This document shows, one piece after another, positions 14,700 through 29,942 of a DNA stretch of 64,000 bases (positions are counted from its first letter, which is position 1; every line of letters starts with the position of its first letter). Position numbers and translations under genes: made by a program. Under the pieces are notes generated by a model. The model searched no databases. It was not told the origin of the DNA and saw only the letters and a program-made list of their open reading frames with translations. The stretch comes from Eledone cirrhosa (Eukaryota): assembly GCA_964016885.1 (NCBI GenBank), contig OZ024752.1, positions 40,734,001-40,798,000 of the forward strand, in the 5' to 3' direction.

Positions 14700-15085
14700 T
14701 CCAAGTAACGGTCGCTCTCCGACAGGTTTGTGGTCGAGCCCTTGGCAGTGGAGACTTCTGGTGTCCCTACTCACCACCATAGGCGCTGAGCTGGCCAGCC
14801 GCAGGTGTGAGCCTCGCAAGATGGAATGGCTCTTCCAGCGCATCTCCCTTTCCCTCCTCTGGGGAAACGCCTTCTCCATTCTGTCCGCCGGGAGGGGGGG
14901 GGGGCTGTGGGGAAGCCAGCACCTGGGACCCCACTTGCTCACCATACAGAGAGATGGGGAAGGCGAGAGAGATGGAGGTGATGACAGTGGGAGTTCGGCT
15001 CTTCCACGATCGGACCATATCCCTGTGGTTGTGTTCCTTATCTATAATGTTCACTACTAGTAAATACATCACACCAGCACCAAAG
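14700..15085 (+). mobile_element. CRE-type (RLE) non-LTR retrotransposon fragments
   Basis: PLAVETSG...LLTTIGAELASRRCEPRKMEWLFQRISLSLLWGNAFSIL, homologous to 28618-29250; frameshifted; SKYIT segment at ~15060 matches the upstream part of the other copy. Confidence 0.75.
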
Positions 15086-16452
15086 GTAAGTCCAGCACTG
15101 AAATAAAGACTATTTCAGCTCAGTATATACTGTCTTTCTTTTCTTATATATGTTGCATACTTTCCTAAGGGAAAGTCTCGAATCGTTCTGATATGTCGAA
15201 AGCTCTTTTTGGTCACTCACATTTGTCCCTAGCCAGCAAGAGAAAGTGTATATGCTTAATCTACCTGCTATTAATGACAGTCAAATTCTCTCAAACCACA
15301 CATTGCCATCTTAAAAGAAGAACGACATACTCTATAATGTAATCCTAGATATACAAAATGACGAGATGGTCAAATTTGGAATGTCTTTAATCATATATCT
15401 GCTGAATAAGATCTCACCGAGAGCAAACAACAACAGCAATTCGCCTCCTAATCGTACTTTCAAATATTCATAGTGTTTCTGATGAAGCCAAAACAAACAA
15501 ACAAACAAAGCTAAATTTATTTTGGGATTAGAAGTCTCACTATTTCTCAATCTATATTGTGACTGTCTATTTTCTGAGGTAGCTGTTATTTAAACGACGT
15601 TCCCATGAGTTGGGTGTATTAAATGCACCAAAAGGACTCAAATTTATATACATAAAACGAAAAACAAATATTAATTTATTAATTAAAATGTATGAAGTAG
15701 TATTTGCTCAGAGGTAGGGTAAAAAAAAAATGGAAGCAAAATAACAAAGAAATAAATAGGTTTTAACTTGTAGTTCCTAAAGTAAACACGGATTTCTATG
15801 GATCTTTAATACTTTAGCTGGCTAGAAAGTCACGAAATTAAGCTCAAAGCTATCAAGTGAAAATTTAATATTGGACATTAATCGGTTCCGGAGTCTGTTT
15901 ATCAGATACTATAACAGATTTTAATTAAATTAAGAACAACAGAATAAAACCAAAATGGAGGATGTTGAAAAGTGAAAGAGTATTTCACTACGATATACAA
16001 TTGCAACGGTACCGTCATATTGGAAATGTAAGATGGAGACGTAAGGAGGTAAAGGAATACATAACATTAAAAGTAGACATTGGAAATAGAAGGTGTGAGG
16101 GGAAGTAAAATAGAAGGATAAATCCATACTACAAGACGAAGAGTGTTATATTCTTAGGCGAGACATTTAATTCACTGAATTGTATAATATTTAACATCGA
16201 CACTCTTGAAGTTAAATTTAAATTTGGATATGTACACAATCTTAGGTGTCTCACTAAAATGACTGACTGACTACACACGTGTGTTTTTTCTCAAAATATT
16301 TCTCCTATTCCTTCCTCTTCTCACTCTATCTTTCTGTTTCATATTTTATTTTTCTCATTCTATCGTCTGATGAAGCGTTAAACTAATATATTTCTTCATT
16401 ATACTGTGTCGTTTGCTCTGTTATTTCTGTTTCCTCTTTGCATATATCTATA

Positions 16453-16539
<87 letters not shown>

Positions 16540-16649
16540 GTAGCGACTCCGACGGCTAAGCTCTTGCCGCTTCAACTGCTACGTCCAGATAGTCAAAATG
16601 ATGTCTATTGGAACATGAAGGGTTTCAAGATTTCATCTTAATCTTATCT

Positions 16650-17060
16650 TCTTCAATTGTGACAGTCGTTTCAAAAGAAAGCTCTCTGCATTCAACTCCT
16701 TAACTATTGGCTTAAGACATTTTCGTTTTTCTTGTGGCGCCCAGTAAATAGCTGTTTACAGTTGCTCACCACATTAGATCATGCACACACGCCATTCCTG
16801 TTTTGCGAAACAGTGATTCGGTTGGGATTTGATTGGCCAAAATATCTTCAGAATTTGACGTGGAGATTTGGTTTGAAATGCGTCTAGCATTCGCTTTGCA
16901 GCCGCAGCCACAGGCGTATTCCAGAAATCCCAACCGTATTGGAACGCACTAAGAACATTGCTCTTGAAAACCCTTAGCTTCGTTTGAACACTGAACCGGA
17001 GGGTTTCAAAACCGGTTTAAGCATAACAAAGTCTTGATTAATTTTGCTGACTCTAGTTTT
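16650..17060 (-). pseudogene. Decayed RTE-clade LINE ORF (region C-terminal to RT)
   Basis: Manual translation KTRVSKINQDFVMLKPV...TKLRVFKSNVLSAFQYGWDFW...LDAFQTKSPRQILKIFWP resembles the RTE TKLRIFNSNV..LLYGSETW..CLRRIL.IFWP motif; frameshifted. Confidence 0.7.
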
Positions 17061-17924
17061 GATTGGCAATGGTATTTTCATCCCTAATTAATTGAAACTA
17101 TAATGTTTTTATAAAGTGAAACTGCTAATGATTTCAAACGAAATATTTTAAAGCACACAAAAAATACTGCAACTGCAAATCCCCAACCCAAATCATTTTT
17201 AGATTAAAAAAAATATGTATTCTTTTACACTTAAAAAAAGGTTTTTGCAGATTCTCAATCGCGAGTTTTCAATATAAAATTTCAAAGACATATTTTTTAA
17301 AGCCATGAGATTATAGGGTTTAAAAAAATCTACGCTAAATCGAATAAGTGACACATTGATATTTTACTAACTCTGCTAGTCGTACTTTCTCTAAATTTCC
17401 CCAACATCGGCATTCAACCACACTCATTGATTGTATACTTCAGCCATCACATGTCTTAATAACACCATGTAGCCCTTGGCTGCCTACGTATGAATGCTAT
17501 TGTACATTAATGCTGTTGTAAGTATTCGGAGTAGGTCTAGTTTGGAGATATATAAATGAAAACATTGCTTCTTATTGTAGTAACCCACGAATAATCGTTC
17601 CACGTTCCATTTCTCCATAACTCTCGGAGACCATTCCCATGATCACGTGAAATACGACTGTTTATTCTGCTTAATTCATTCAAACAATTCTGCTTCAGTA
17701 ACAAGAAGGAAACCATTGACAAATGAATTGTATGGATTATATCAGCAGGATTAGCTACGTCTTTAAAATACTAACGAATGCACGAGAAAAGATATGGGCA
17801 TGGTATGATCCCATAACTCCTGATGGGGCATTTTAAGCCTGGTAGAGTCCATCTCCTCCCCAAGTCTCAACACAGTAGAATACTTTCAGAGAAGTAAAGA
17901 AAGTGAGAGAGATATATAGAGGAA

Positions 17925-18062
17925 GAATTGATCCCATTACTAGACTGGTACTGTTTTTTTTTTTTTTTTATAAAAAGCAAAATTAACCTCGACGGGATTT
18001 GAACTCAAGAGTGCAGTGAGCCGGAATTAATACTACAAAGCTTTTTATCCGATGTTCTAACA
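17925..18062 (-). mobile_element. Old SINE-A-related copy
   Basis: ctggtac...aaagcaaaattaacctcgacgggatttgaactc. Confidence 0.6.
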
Positions 18063-18558
18063 CCTAGAATATATTTGTATATAAATAAAAAGTGAGACGA
18101 AATTGGAAAACAAAAATCTCATAGATTAATATTTCTCCTAATCTGGGATAATATTTTTATCAATATGTAATTATAATTATCTATAAAACATTGTAATTAA
18201 AGATTAAGAAAAGATCCATTCACGATTCCTTAAACTGTTTTTCTATTGCTATTATGTTTTAGTTATACAAAATTATTCCATTTTTTTTTCTCGGTCGGTT
18301 TACTTTAATAGAGGAGGATATATTATAAAGATATATATAAGCATAATCGTGAATGAAGTATACAAGAACATACATAAAAAGCTGTGCCTGCAACCTAGTT
18401 TCCATATTTTATCATTGCTTTTAAAGTTGCTTCTGCAGAATATATGTTGAATTGGAATAACATCCTGAAAACTTCATTCATTAATATATAATTTAATATA
18501 ATAAAGAGAGACAAACACAGATATATACATATATGCGTTCAAATCATTATACATATAC

Positions 18559-18592
<34 letters not shown>

Positions 18593-18625
18593 GTATATAT
18601 ATATATATATATATATATATTGCAG

Positions 18626-18668
18626 TACGAGCTGAAGATCCGCTAAGGTGAAACAATTGTTCTCGGTA
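18626..18668 (+). ncRNA. Minimal type I hammerhead motif in (TA)n
   Basis: cgag-CTGAAGA-tccgctaaggt-GAAA-caatt-GTT-ctcg; palindromic stem III acaattgt. Confidence 0.7.
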
Positions 18669-18714
18669 TAGTGAACTAACTGTTGTGTTACCATTTCTAT
18701 ATATATATATATAT

Positions 18715-19299
18715 ATTATTAAGTGTAATGAATTCTTTTACAATGGAATTAGCTCGAAGGAGGAAATACCCCGGAGCCGTGTATAAACTAATATATATGA
18801 AGAAACACAGATACCAACACATCTGTATATATATTGCAAAAGAAAATTTAGCCAGAATGAAGTATACTAATTATTATACTACAGTTTGTCCATATCGATT
18901 TAAAATAATAAATCAACAAAGACGAACTGCATTGCCAAAAGGCTATGATGTTTAGACACATTTAAATTTCAAAATCAAACCTGTTCCGTAGATAAGTTTA
19001 AACTTTAAAATCCAAATATGTTTCGAGATAAATAAGTGTAGGAATATCATGTCCTGCTCTCCTCAGTAAACATCCAGGGACAAATTGATATGCTTCACTT
19101 CTAAATAATTTAAAAGACTGTGTGACGCACATGGTTTAACAGTTTCTAGCTAGTCTCATAACCGTACTGCTAGAAATAACAGTCGTATATATGAGGCGGC
19201 TTTCAGCTCAGACTAGGAGCAGTTATATTATTAAGTGTAATGAATTCTTTTACAATGGAATTAGCTCGAAGGAGGAAATACCCCCGAGCCGTGTATTAA

Positions 19300-19305
<6 letters not shown>
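18715..19305. repeat. Two copies (18715-18797, 19225-19305) of an ~80-bp TA-adjacent repeat with a gctcg..cgagc hairpin
   Basis: attattaagtgtaatgaattcttttacaatggaattagctcgaaggaggaaatacccc.gagccgtgtat.aactaa repeated. Confidence 0.75.
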
Positions 19306-19374
<69 letters not shown>

Positions 19375-19554
19375 GAAATAACAGGAGGCTGGACTATGTT
19401 ATTTCATTTATAATTAACTCCGTATTCGCACCAACAACTACACAAACGAAGATGGGTGAACTGCACTGCGTTGAGTACTCTTCACAATATTACACCAGGA
19501 TTGAGCATTCGGAATGACCAGTTCTATCCAGTGGTGAACCAACAAACCTAAAGA

Positions 19555-19649
<95 letters not shown>

Positions 19650-19839
19650 GATGGCTGCAAACTCTGCTAAAAGTATTACAATCACTTGTCCGATTATAGA
19701 GTCTGCAGAACTTTTAGGCTACGGCCAGCCACACGCAATTGTAACATATCCTGAACAAGCTTGCTTGGTGAGGAAGGTGATATTTGGACACCCTGCTGGA
19801 TGAAATACAAGGATATATACATACATATATATATATACA

Positions 19840-20003
<164 letters not shown>

Positions 20004-20011
20004 ATAGAAGG

Positions 20012-20062
20012 AGCTTCTACAGGACTAGTACTGTTTCATTCAGATGAAATCTTCAGGAAGCT
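20012..20062 (-). ncRNA. Type I hammerhead ribozyme motif, family B
   Basis: agcttc-CTGAAGA-tttcatctgaat-GAAA-cagtactagtcct-GTA-gaagct; fused in inverted orientation to its own 3' tail (20063-20131). Confidence 0.8.
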
Positions 20063-20148
20063 GAATTTTACTCTGCCATGTATTGAGTACCTTACTTACT
20101 GTGGTTATCCCCGACTCAACCCGGGACCTACGTATATATATATATATA

Positions 20149-20285
20149 TAGGAAAATGTTTGACCCCGACGGGATAGATCAAGCCGTCGGGGGTCAAATA
20201 TTTTCCTATTACCCACTCTACTACCCTTAGTATTGAGTACTTTGGTGCGTTATGGTCCTTCTTGTTCCTTACCACACCTCCTTCG

Positions 20286-20288
<3 letters not shown>
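20149..20288 (+). mobile_element. Family C fold-back element
   Basis: Palindrome taggaaaat.tttgacccc...ggggtcaaatattttccta plus family C tail, between (TA)n tracts. Confidence 0.75.
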
Positions 20289-20349
<61 letters not shown>

Positions 20350-20521
20350 ACGTATGTGAGTAAGTGTGTGGAGGTGTGGGTTTATTATATGTGCGTGCGT
20401 GTGTGTGAGGAGGGGGTGAGTAAAGTGAACGAGAAACATAGAAACATAGATGTCCTGAAATCAACATTAGCAATGAATGGATGTATAAAATCCACACCTT
20501 CGATATATATATATAACATAC

Positions 20522-20873
<352 letters not shown>

Positions 20874-20874
20874 G

Positions 20875-21207
20875 AGGTAAGTTATTCCGGGTTGAATCGG
20901 AGGTAACCACAGTAAGTAAGGTACTCAATACATTGCAGAGTATAAAAGTTTTAATATAGATGAGATTCTACAGGACTAGAACTGTTTCATTCTTTAGAAA
21001 TCATCAGGAATCTGGGTATCAAAAAATAAATATGTAGAATTAGCTTTTAATGTATTCCCTTTTCTATCAACCAATGATCTACATCCATCCCACTCCCCAC
21101 CCTCTCCTACCACTTGTAGAGACCTATAAATACCATATTTATTTTTTGATACCCAGATTCCTGATGATTTCTAAAGAATGAAACAGTTCTAGTCCTGTAG
21201 AATCTCA

Positions 21208-21213
<6 letters not shown>
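20875..21213. mobile_element. Family B fold-back element with two complete, divergently oriented hammerheads (20963-21013 minus, 21155-21205 plus)
   Basis: agattc-CTGATGA-tttctaaagaat-GAAA-cagttctagtcct-GTA-gaatct on both arms; loop contains cctataaata. Confidence 0.85.
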
Positions 21214-21302
<89 letters not shown>

Positions 21303-22218
21303 GTATATATCGCGCTAATACATTTATAAAATCTCAGTCATAATTAACTGCATTAGGTTTCATTCAACAGCGTCATGTCGAAATTAAGCAGCGACCACGT
21401 GACCACGTGATCACGTGATATAAATTCCGGCCTTCAGTTCCATTCGGTTTGCTTTCCTGGTAATGTTCAGATTCATGATTAAAAACTAATCAATATTCAT
21501 CTATAGAGCCCACATCAGCGAGAACTTAACGAATGTGCAAAGTTCAAATGACTTGATTACGCTATGCTAATCGTTTTTTAAGTTAATAATAATGACTATC
21601 CACCGTTAATCTGGCAATATTATATCTGTAGTAGCTTTTAAGGGGTATTGAACACATTTGCAAAATCGTTGACACTTAAGCTGTTGCCAACTAGCCCCCG
21701 TCGTTCACTGATGCACGCATCGTTCATTTGATATTAGCATTAGTTTCAGCCGTCGCAGCTCTTCTAATTAGCCAATTCCAGACAACCACGTTATTAGTAA
21801 AGTCTACAGAAATTCCTGTTGTTGGTTTGGTGGTGGCTTTTTTTTGTGTTCTAATTTGTTAATGAATTTATATATTTAGATTTTCCTCATTAGCGAATGA
21901 TCGCAGCCAGCCGAAGGTCATTGAATGTGTATCAGGTGAACAGCAATTACTGTTAAACTCCTCCTCTTGGATTAGGCAACAACCCGAGGTTAATATGCAG
22001 ATATCTTCCATCAATTAAACTTCTAGAATAACGATATATTATCATTAGTCACTTTTAAGGGAAAGAGAAGAGTCAACTAACTTGTTCTGATTATATTACT
22101 TTTATGGACTGCAGAGTGTTTTAAGGCGAAGTCAACCCGATTGAATTTCAATTTAGTTTTTAAAAGAACGAAATAAACGCTGTGTGTTGGACATTTCAAT
22201 CAATTCGTCTTCAAATTA

Positions 22219-22321
22219 CCATATATACTTGAATGTAAGTTGAGGAGTATGTGACCCCCAAAAATCGATGCTAAAAGAGGTCGGCTTATATTCGTAACAG
22301 CTTATATTCGAATATATACGG
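22219..22321. mobile_element. Tc1/mariner-superfamily (pogo/Tc2-like) MITE remnant
   Basis: TA-ccatatatacttgaatgtaag ... cttatattcgaatatatacgg-TA imperfect TIRs. Confidence 0.55.
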
Positions 22322-22337
22322 TAGTTACCAAATTAAT

Positions 22338-22526
22338 AATTGTTTCTACTTTAGGCACAAGGCCAGTAATTACCCAGTGCATTACTGGTACTTTTATTTT
22401 ATCGACCCCGTAAGGATGAAAGGCAAAGTCAACCTCGGCGGGATTTGAACTCAGATCGTAAAGGGACGTAACTATGCTAGAAAGCATGGCGTCCGACCCT
22501 CTACCGATTCTGCCAATCCATCGCCC
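22338..22526 (-). mobile_element. SINE-A, full length, with TSD
   Basis: Full consensus; ttaccaaattaataat at 22325-22340 and 22530-22545. Confidence 0.9.
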
Positions 22527-22545
22527 TTATTACCAAATTAATAAT

Positions 22546-22825
22546 GGTTTCTAGTATAGGCACAAGGCCAGTAATTTGAAGGAGAGGGGAAAGTCGATTA
22601 AATTGACCCCAGTACATTACTGGTGCTTTATTTTATCGACCCTGTAAGGATGAATGGCAAAGTTAACTCTAACCCTAACCCTAACTCTAGCCCTAACCCC
22701 AACCCCAACCCCAACCCTAACCCTAACCCTAACCCTAACCCTTTGAAGGAAGACTGTAAAGGGCTGTGACTCTATGCTACAAAGCATGGTGTCCGACTCC
22801 ATCGATACTGCCAATCCATCGCCCT
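22546..22825 (-). mobile_element. SINE-A variant interrupted by (TAACCC)n
   Basis: SINE consensus on both sides of a telomere-type tract at ~22665-22742. Confidence 0.85.
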
Positions 22826-22932
22826 ACGGTAGTTGCAAATTAATAACTTTTAACTTTGACTCAGGGGCACCACATATTTCTGAGGAAGGGTGTAATCGAT
22901 TGAATCAGTACCTGTAATTAATAGTTATTTAG

Positions 22933-24573
<1,641 letters not shown>

Positions 24574-24825
24574 ATGCATGTATGTATGTTCTTCTGGTTT
24601 TATAGTTTAATAAATTTTTACCAATAGAGAGAGAGAGAGAGAGTCGGTTTCTAACATAAATAAAAAACTCTTTCATTGGAATTTAAACATCAACTAGGTA
24701 GATATGTACGGATGAGCAATGTAGATATAAATGTCTACATTCATATGTGGTTAATACAAATTATTTTAAAGTATAGTCAACACTCGAGATTAAATTTTAG
24801 CTTGTGTAATTTTCCATAATTATTC

Positions 24826-24989
24826 CGGTAGAGGGTCGGACGCCATGCTTTCCAGCATAGTTACGTCCCTTTACAATCTGAGTTCAAATCCCGCCGAGGT
24901 TGACTTTGCCTTTCATCCTTACGGGGTCGATAAAATAAAGTACCAGTAATGCACTGGGTAATTGCTGGCCTTGTGCCTAAAGTAGAAAC
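24826..24989 (+). mobile_element. SINE-A, 5'-truncated
   Basis: Consensus match; aattattc duplicated on both sides. Confidence 0.85.
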
Positions 24990-25001
24990 AATTATTCTTT
25001 T

Positions 25002-25078
25002 ACGGCCTTCGTTCGGCCCGCTATATCGTCAGTAATACTCAATCCGGCCCGTGGAGGCAAAGAAGTTGCCTACCCCTG
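25002..25078. mobile_element. hAT-like MITE right end
   Basis: cggcccg subterminal motifs and aagttgcctacccctg terminus. Confidence 0.5.
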
Positions 25079-25559
25079 CTCTAGGAGGTTGCTCACCTTG
25101 CTAGAAAACGTGGCTAATTGTTCTACGCTACTCTCATAAAAAGGTGGTACAGATAGAATAATGTAGTCCTATTTAAACTGCCTTAAAAGACAGAGTGATG
25201 TTTCTGGAAGTCTTTTGTTCATGGGTGTGCTCAATCAGAATTGACCTCGTGCTAAACAATAAGATAACAGAGACATGGCAAAGACATGGCTGTTCGACCA
25301 TATGCAGTTGACTAGAAGAAATTCTGGAAAAAAATTCAATAAAATAAAAATAAAAAAAAAAAAAAGAAAATAAAGAAAAAAAATAGAAGTAAAACCAATT
25401 AGTTTAGCTATGAATTAAACTATCTGTTAATTAACGCTTTGAATAAATAAAGCTCAAAATATAACTGGATCCGACATCAGTTAAATAAAGTGTCGATAGG
25501 AAGTAGATGAAAACAAAAGAGCAAAAAGAACAAAGGGTATTTAGCAAACACAACACCAA

Positions 25560-25810
<251 letters not shown>

Positions 25811-26076
25811 CTAATTGTTTCTACTTTAGGCACAAGGCCAGCAATTACCCAGTACATTACTGGTACTCTATTTTATCGAGTACCAGTAATGTATAACAAC
25901 AATAATAATGCTTTCTCTATTAGCCACAAGGGTTGACATAAAGTATAACATTAAGGACAGTACAGGACTGTACAGGACAGTGCAAATGGCCACTTCTGCG
26001 TGTAAAGAACAAAAACAGAGGATGAAACAAAAAAGAAACAAGGAAAAATTCCCCAATAGGGGGGGGGGGGCTTCCG

Positions 26077-26111
<35 letters not shown>

Positions 26112-26114
<3 letters not shown>

Positions 26115-26206
26115 TGTTTCTACTTTAGGCACAAGGCCAGCAATTACACAGTGCATTACTGGTACTTTATTTTATCGACCCCGTAAGGATGAAAGGCAAA
26201 GTCAAC
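26112..26206 (-). mobile_element. SINE-A 3' half (another 3' fragment at 25813-25879)
   Basis: Consensus match with (AAT)n tail on the left. Confidence 0.85.
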
Positions 26207-26718
26207 AATTTACCACATTCTGAGAAGTGGTATGAGCATAAGCCAGAGTCGGTGATAGAAAACGATCAGGTGAAGGTGCTGTGGGATTTTAGGATACAGA
26301 CGGACAAGAAACTGGAACACAATAGACCTGACCTGGTAGTTTTGGACAAGGAAAAAAGATCGTGCCTGATTGTGGATGTGGCCTGCCCATTCGACACGAG
26401 AGTGCAAGAAAAGGAGAGGGAGAAAATTAACCGATACTAGGACTTAAAGTGGGAGGTAAAAAGGATTTGGAACTGCCATGAAGTCAGAGTCGTTTCGATT
26501 GTCATAGGCGCACTGGGGACTATCTCAAAGAGTTTCCAGGGATGGTTAAAGAATATTAGTCCAGCCCCGCTTTTTGGAACACTTCAAAAGGCATGTTTGT
26601 TGGGAACAGCAAGAACCCTCCGATACGTCCTGAATATCTGAGGCTGCAGGTAAGTGGCTTGATATCCATTTCAACAAACTTTCCAGTTAAATAACATCAA
26701 TGACTGAAACTCAAAGAG
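26207..26718 (+). mobile_element. 3' end of an R4/Dong-clade non-LTR retrotransposon (restriction-like endonuclease domain), one premature stop
   Basis: KWYEHKPESVIEND..KVLWDFRIQTD..HNRPDLVVLDK..CLIVDVACPFD..KEREKINRY*DLKWEVKRIW..IVIGALG..LQKACLLGTARTLRYVL; stop at ~26641, short 3' UTR, (CAA/TAA)n tail. Confidence 0.88.
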
Positions 26719-26728
26719 CAACAACAAC

Positions 26729-26766
<38 letters not shown>

Positions 26767-26785
26767 CAACAACAACAACAACAAC

Positions 26786-26828
<43 letters not shown>

Positions 26829-27043
26829 GTAGTAGTAGTATTGCCAATACATATATATTGAGAAGAAGAAGAAGTAGAAGAAGAGGAAGAATAATAGTTA
26901 TACGATACAACAGATCGTATTGTCATTGATAGCAAATGTTTGAATAAACTAAAACGAAGGTAAATAGAGATATCTTCGTAATTACACTTCACCACCTCGC
27001 CCCGTCATCAGTGTCGACATATTAACACAAGTACACGGGACAG

Positions 27044-27044
<1 letters not shown>

Positions 27045-27108
<64 letters not shown>

Positions 27109-27304
27109 GTATATATATATATATACGTGTATATATACGTGTATATATACGTGTATATATACGTATATATATACGTGTATATATGCCTATATTTATACGT
27201 GTATATATATACGTATATATATATATATACGTGTATATATACGCATATATATATATATATACACGTATATATACACGTATATATATACGTATGTATATAT
27301 ATAC

Positions 27305-27384
<80 letters not shown>

Positions 27385-27408
27385 GTATATATACACGTAT
27401 ATACACAC

Positions 27409-27454
<46 letters not shown>

Positions 27455-27490
27455 GTATATATATACGTGTATATATACGTATATATACAC

Positions 27491-27579
<89 letters not shown>

Positions 27580-27601
27580 TATACGTATATATATACGTGT
27601 G

Positions 27602-27649
<48 letters not shown>

Positions 27650-27697
27650 TATACGTATATATATACGTGTGCTTATATATATATATATATATATATC
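27045..27697. repeat. (TA)n microsatellite with interspersed CG/CACG variants
   Basis: Directly visible. Confidence 0.95.
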
Positions 27698-27857
27698 CTG
27701 TCACTGTTTGTTTTCTCTGTTGTATGCAATATGTTGGAAAGCAGTGAAATCATTTATATATACATGTATTTATGAATTAATCAATTATGTTCTGCGTTTC
27801 AGTAAATATAATTATAAGCTGTTATAAGCACGTAAGTAGATATCAGATATAATTGTA

Positions 27858-27944
<87 letters not shown>

Positions 27945-28180
27945 GTAGGAGGTGAGTTTTATTGTAGTACAATAAAGCAATGCAGATATCGGATAAGAAG
28001 CACTCTACAGTTTGTAGGACTGGAGTATACATTATATATAAGAACAAAAGATGGTTAAAAGAGTTCCATGTATTTTATTATGCGCATTTCAAAAACAAAT
28101 ATCATCATGCAATAATATTTGTGTTTTCATCAGATAAAACAGGAAGACATGATATGAAGGTTAAAAAACACTTGTGGATA
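27945..28180 (-). mobile_element. Family A element with complete hammerhead (28072-28140)
   Basis: ttttat-CTGATGA-aaacacaaat...-GAAA-tgcgc-ATA-ataaaa on minus; flanked by (TA)n. Confidence 0.8.
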
Positions 28181-28194
28181 GTTCAGTTTTAAAT

Positions 28195-28253
<59 letters not shown>

Positions 28254-28617
28254 CACACGTACACATACATATACATACATACACACATATATACACATAC
28301 ACATATATACATATACACTAACATACATACACACATACATCACACATACATACACTCATACAAACACCACGCATATACACATACACACATAATCCACACA
28401 TACAAACACACATACAAACACACATCACAAGCGCACACACACATACCGCATACAGGCACAATTCACACAAGCACACACATACGTACCGCATACACAGCAC
28501 AAGCATATATACACATACATATACGTACCACGTACACCCAACAATCACACACACACACACACACACACACATCTCACACCACATACACACACATTCCACA
28601 CACACACACACACACAC

Positions 28618-29250
28618 TTCCCAAGCGCAGAATGGAGAAGGCATTCTCCGGAGGATGGCAAGGGAGACGCGCTGGAAGAGCCATTCCATATCGCGGGGCT
28701 CACACCTGCGGCTGGCCAGCTCAGCGCCTATGGTTGTAAGTAGGGAGGTAGCCCTCGGGCCAAGGACACCAGAAGTCTCCACTGCTAGGGGTAGCCAGCT
28801 CAGCGCCTAAGGTGGTGAGTAGGGAGGTAGCCCCAGGGCCGAGGACACCAGAAGTCTCCACTGCTAGGGGTAGCCAGCTCAGCGCCTATGGTGGTAAGTA
28901 AGGAGGTAGCCCTAGGGCCGAGGACACCGGAAGTTTCCACTGCCAAGGGCACGACCGCGAACCTGTCGGTGTGTTACCGGTACTTGGAGAGTTTGCCCTC
29001 CTCAGCCCTACGTGCAGCAGAACCTGGGTTAGTCGCAGACTGCACCAGGTTGCGGCTGCAGAAAGTGTCGCTGCAAGTGGTATCCCAGACGAGAGGTTTG
29101 CCACCGCGGAATGGGAAGATTGTCACACCGTCTGGTCTTTTGCCGTCCCTTCGGTCCAGACCCACCGTCTGGAGCTGGGAGGGGAAGCCTGCAGCATCCA
29201 AGCCATGCTTTATAACCTCGTTGAGAGCAGCTGTGGTAATGTATTTGCTT
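28618..29250 (-). mobile_element. 3' part of a CRE-type RLE non-LTR retrotransposon with an internal 79-bp triplication
   Basis: AALNEVIK..DGKRPDGVTIFPFRGGKPLVWDTTCSDT..AARRAEEGKLSKY..PLAVETSGVLGP..WLFQRVSLAI; ends in (CA)n. Confidence 0.85.
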
Positions 29251-29942
29251 ACCAAGCCGGAATACACACCAACATCATTTCATCCTGAAGATGGAACTGT
29301 GCAACTCAGGAATTGTTGATTGATTTGGTAACCTTACTGTTCCAAATATACTTCAATAAACGTATACAAAAATATGTAAAACTACAGATTAAATAAGAGA
29401 CAAAGACGGAATGCTGTCGTATTTGCAATACTACATGACTAAAAGAGACGTTGTTCTCCATATTTGAAAATATAAAACTGTACAATAAAATAGCAATAAA
29501 GGGAAAACACAAGATGATTCCGGAAGAAATTGATCGAATGACAAACATTGACATCAAACTAGGGATATAAAAATACTTACGGACGGGAATTCTGAAGTTA
29601 TATCAATAAATCAGTAAATGAAGATAATTTATTAAACAATATATACTCAGATCTTGATAATTCACAGATGTATCTTCAACGAAGCATTTGTCACAGCAAT
29701 GTAAATACACTAAGGAAACTCTGCAAAAGAGAAAATATCTCTACATACACAGGAAGATAAATTCTTTAATAACTCTCAACGTACACTCAGCTAAGATCGA
29801 ATTACGCATGACAACATCGTTATTAACTTACCTCGTCAACAGAAGTCTGACCAAAATAGAAAAATATGTTGAAATCAAACCATTCTAAGATGTTTTTGAA
29901 GATCTCAGAGATATTAACCTTGAGGGTAGACTTCGATAATGA

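Noticed and set aside
15474-15500. Isolated CTGATGA (similar weak cases at ~29286, ~51666, ~54932)
   Set aside because: No matching GAAA/stem set; chance or too decayed to call
17340-17720. Possible decayed Gypsy integrase zinc-finger region on the minus strand
   Set aside because: Only faint motif resemblance (HGVIKT) with stops and frameshifts; needs a profile search
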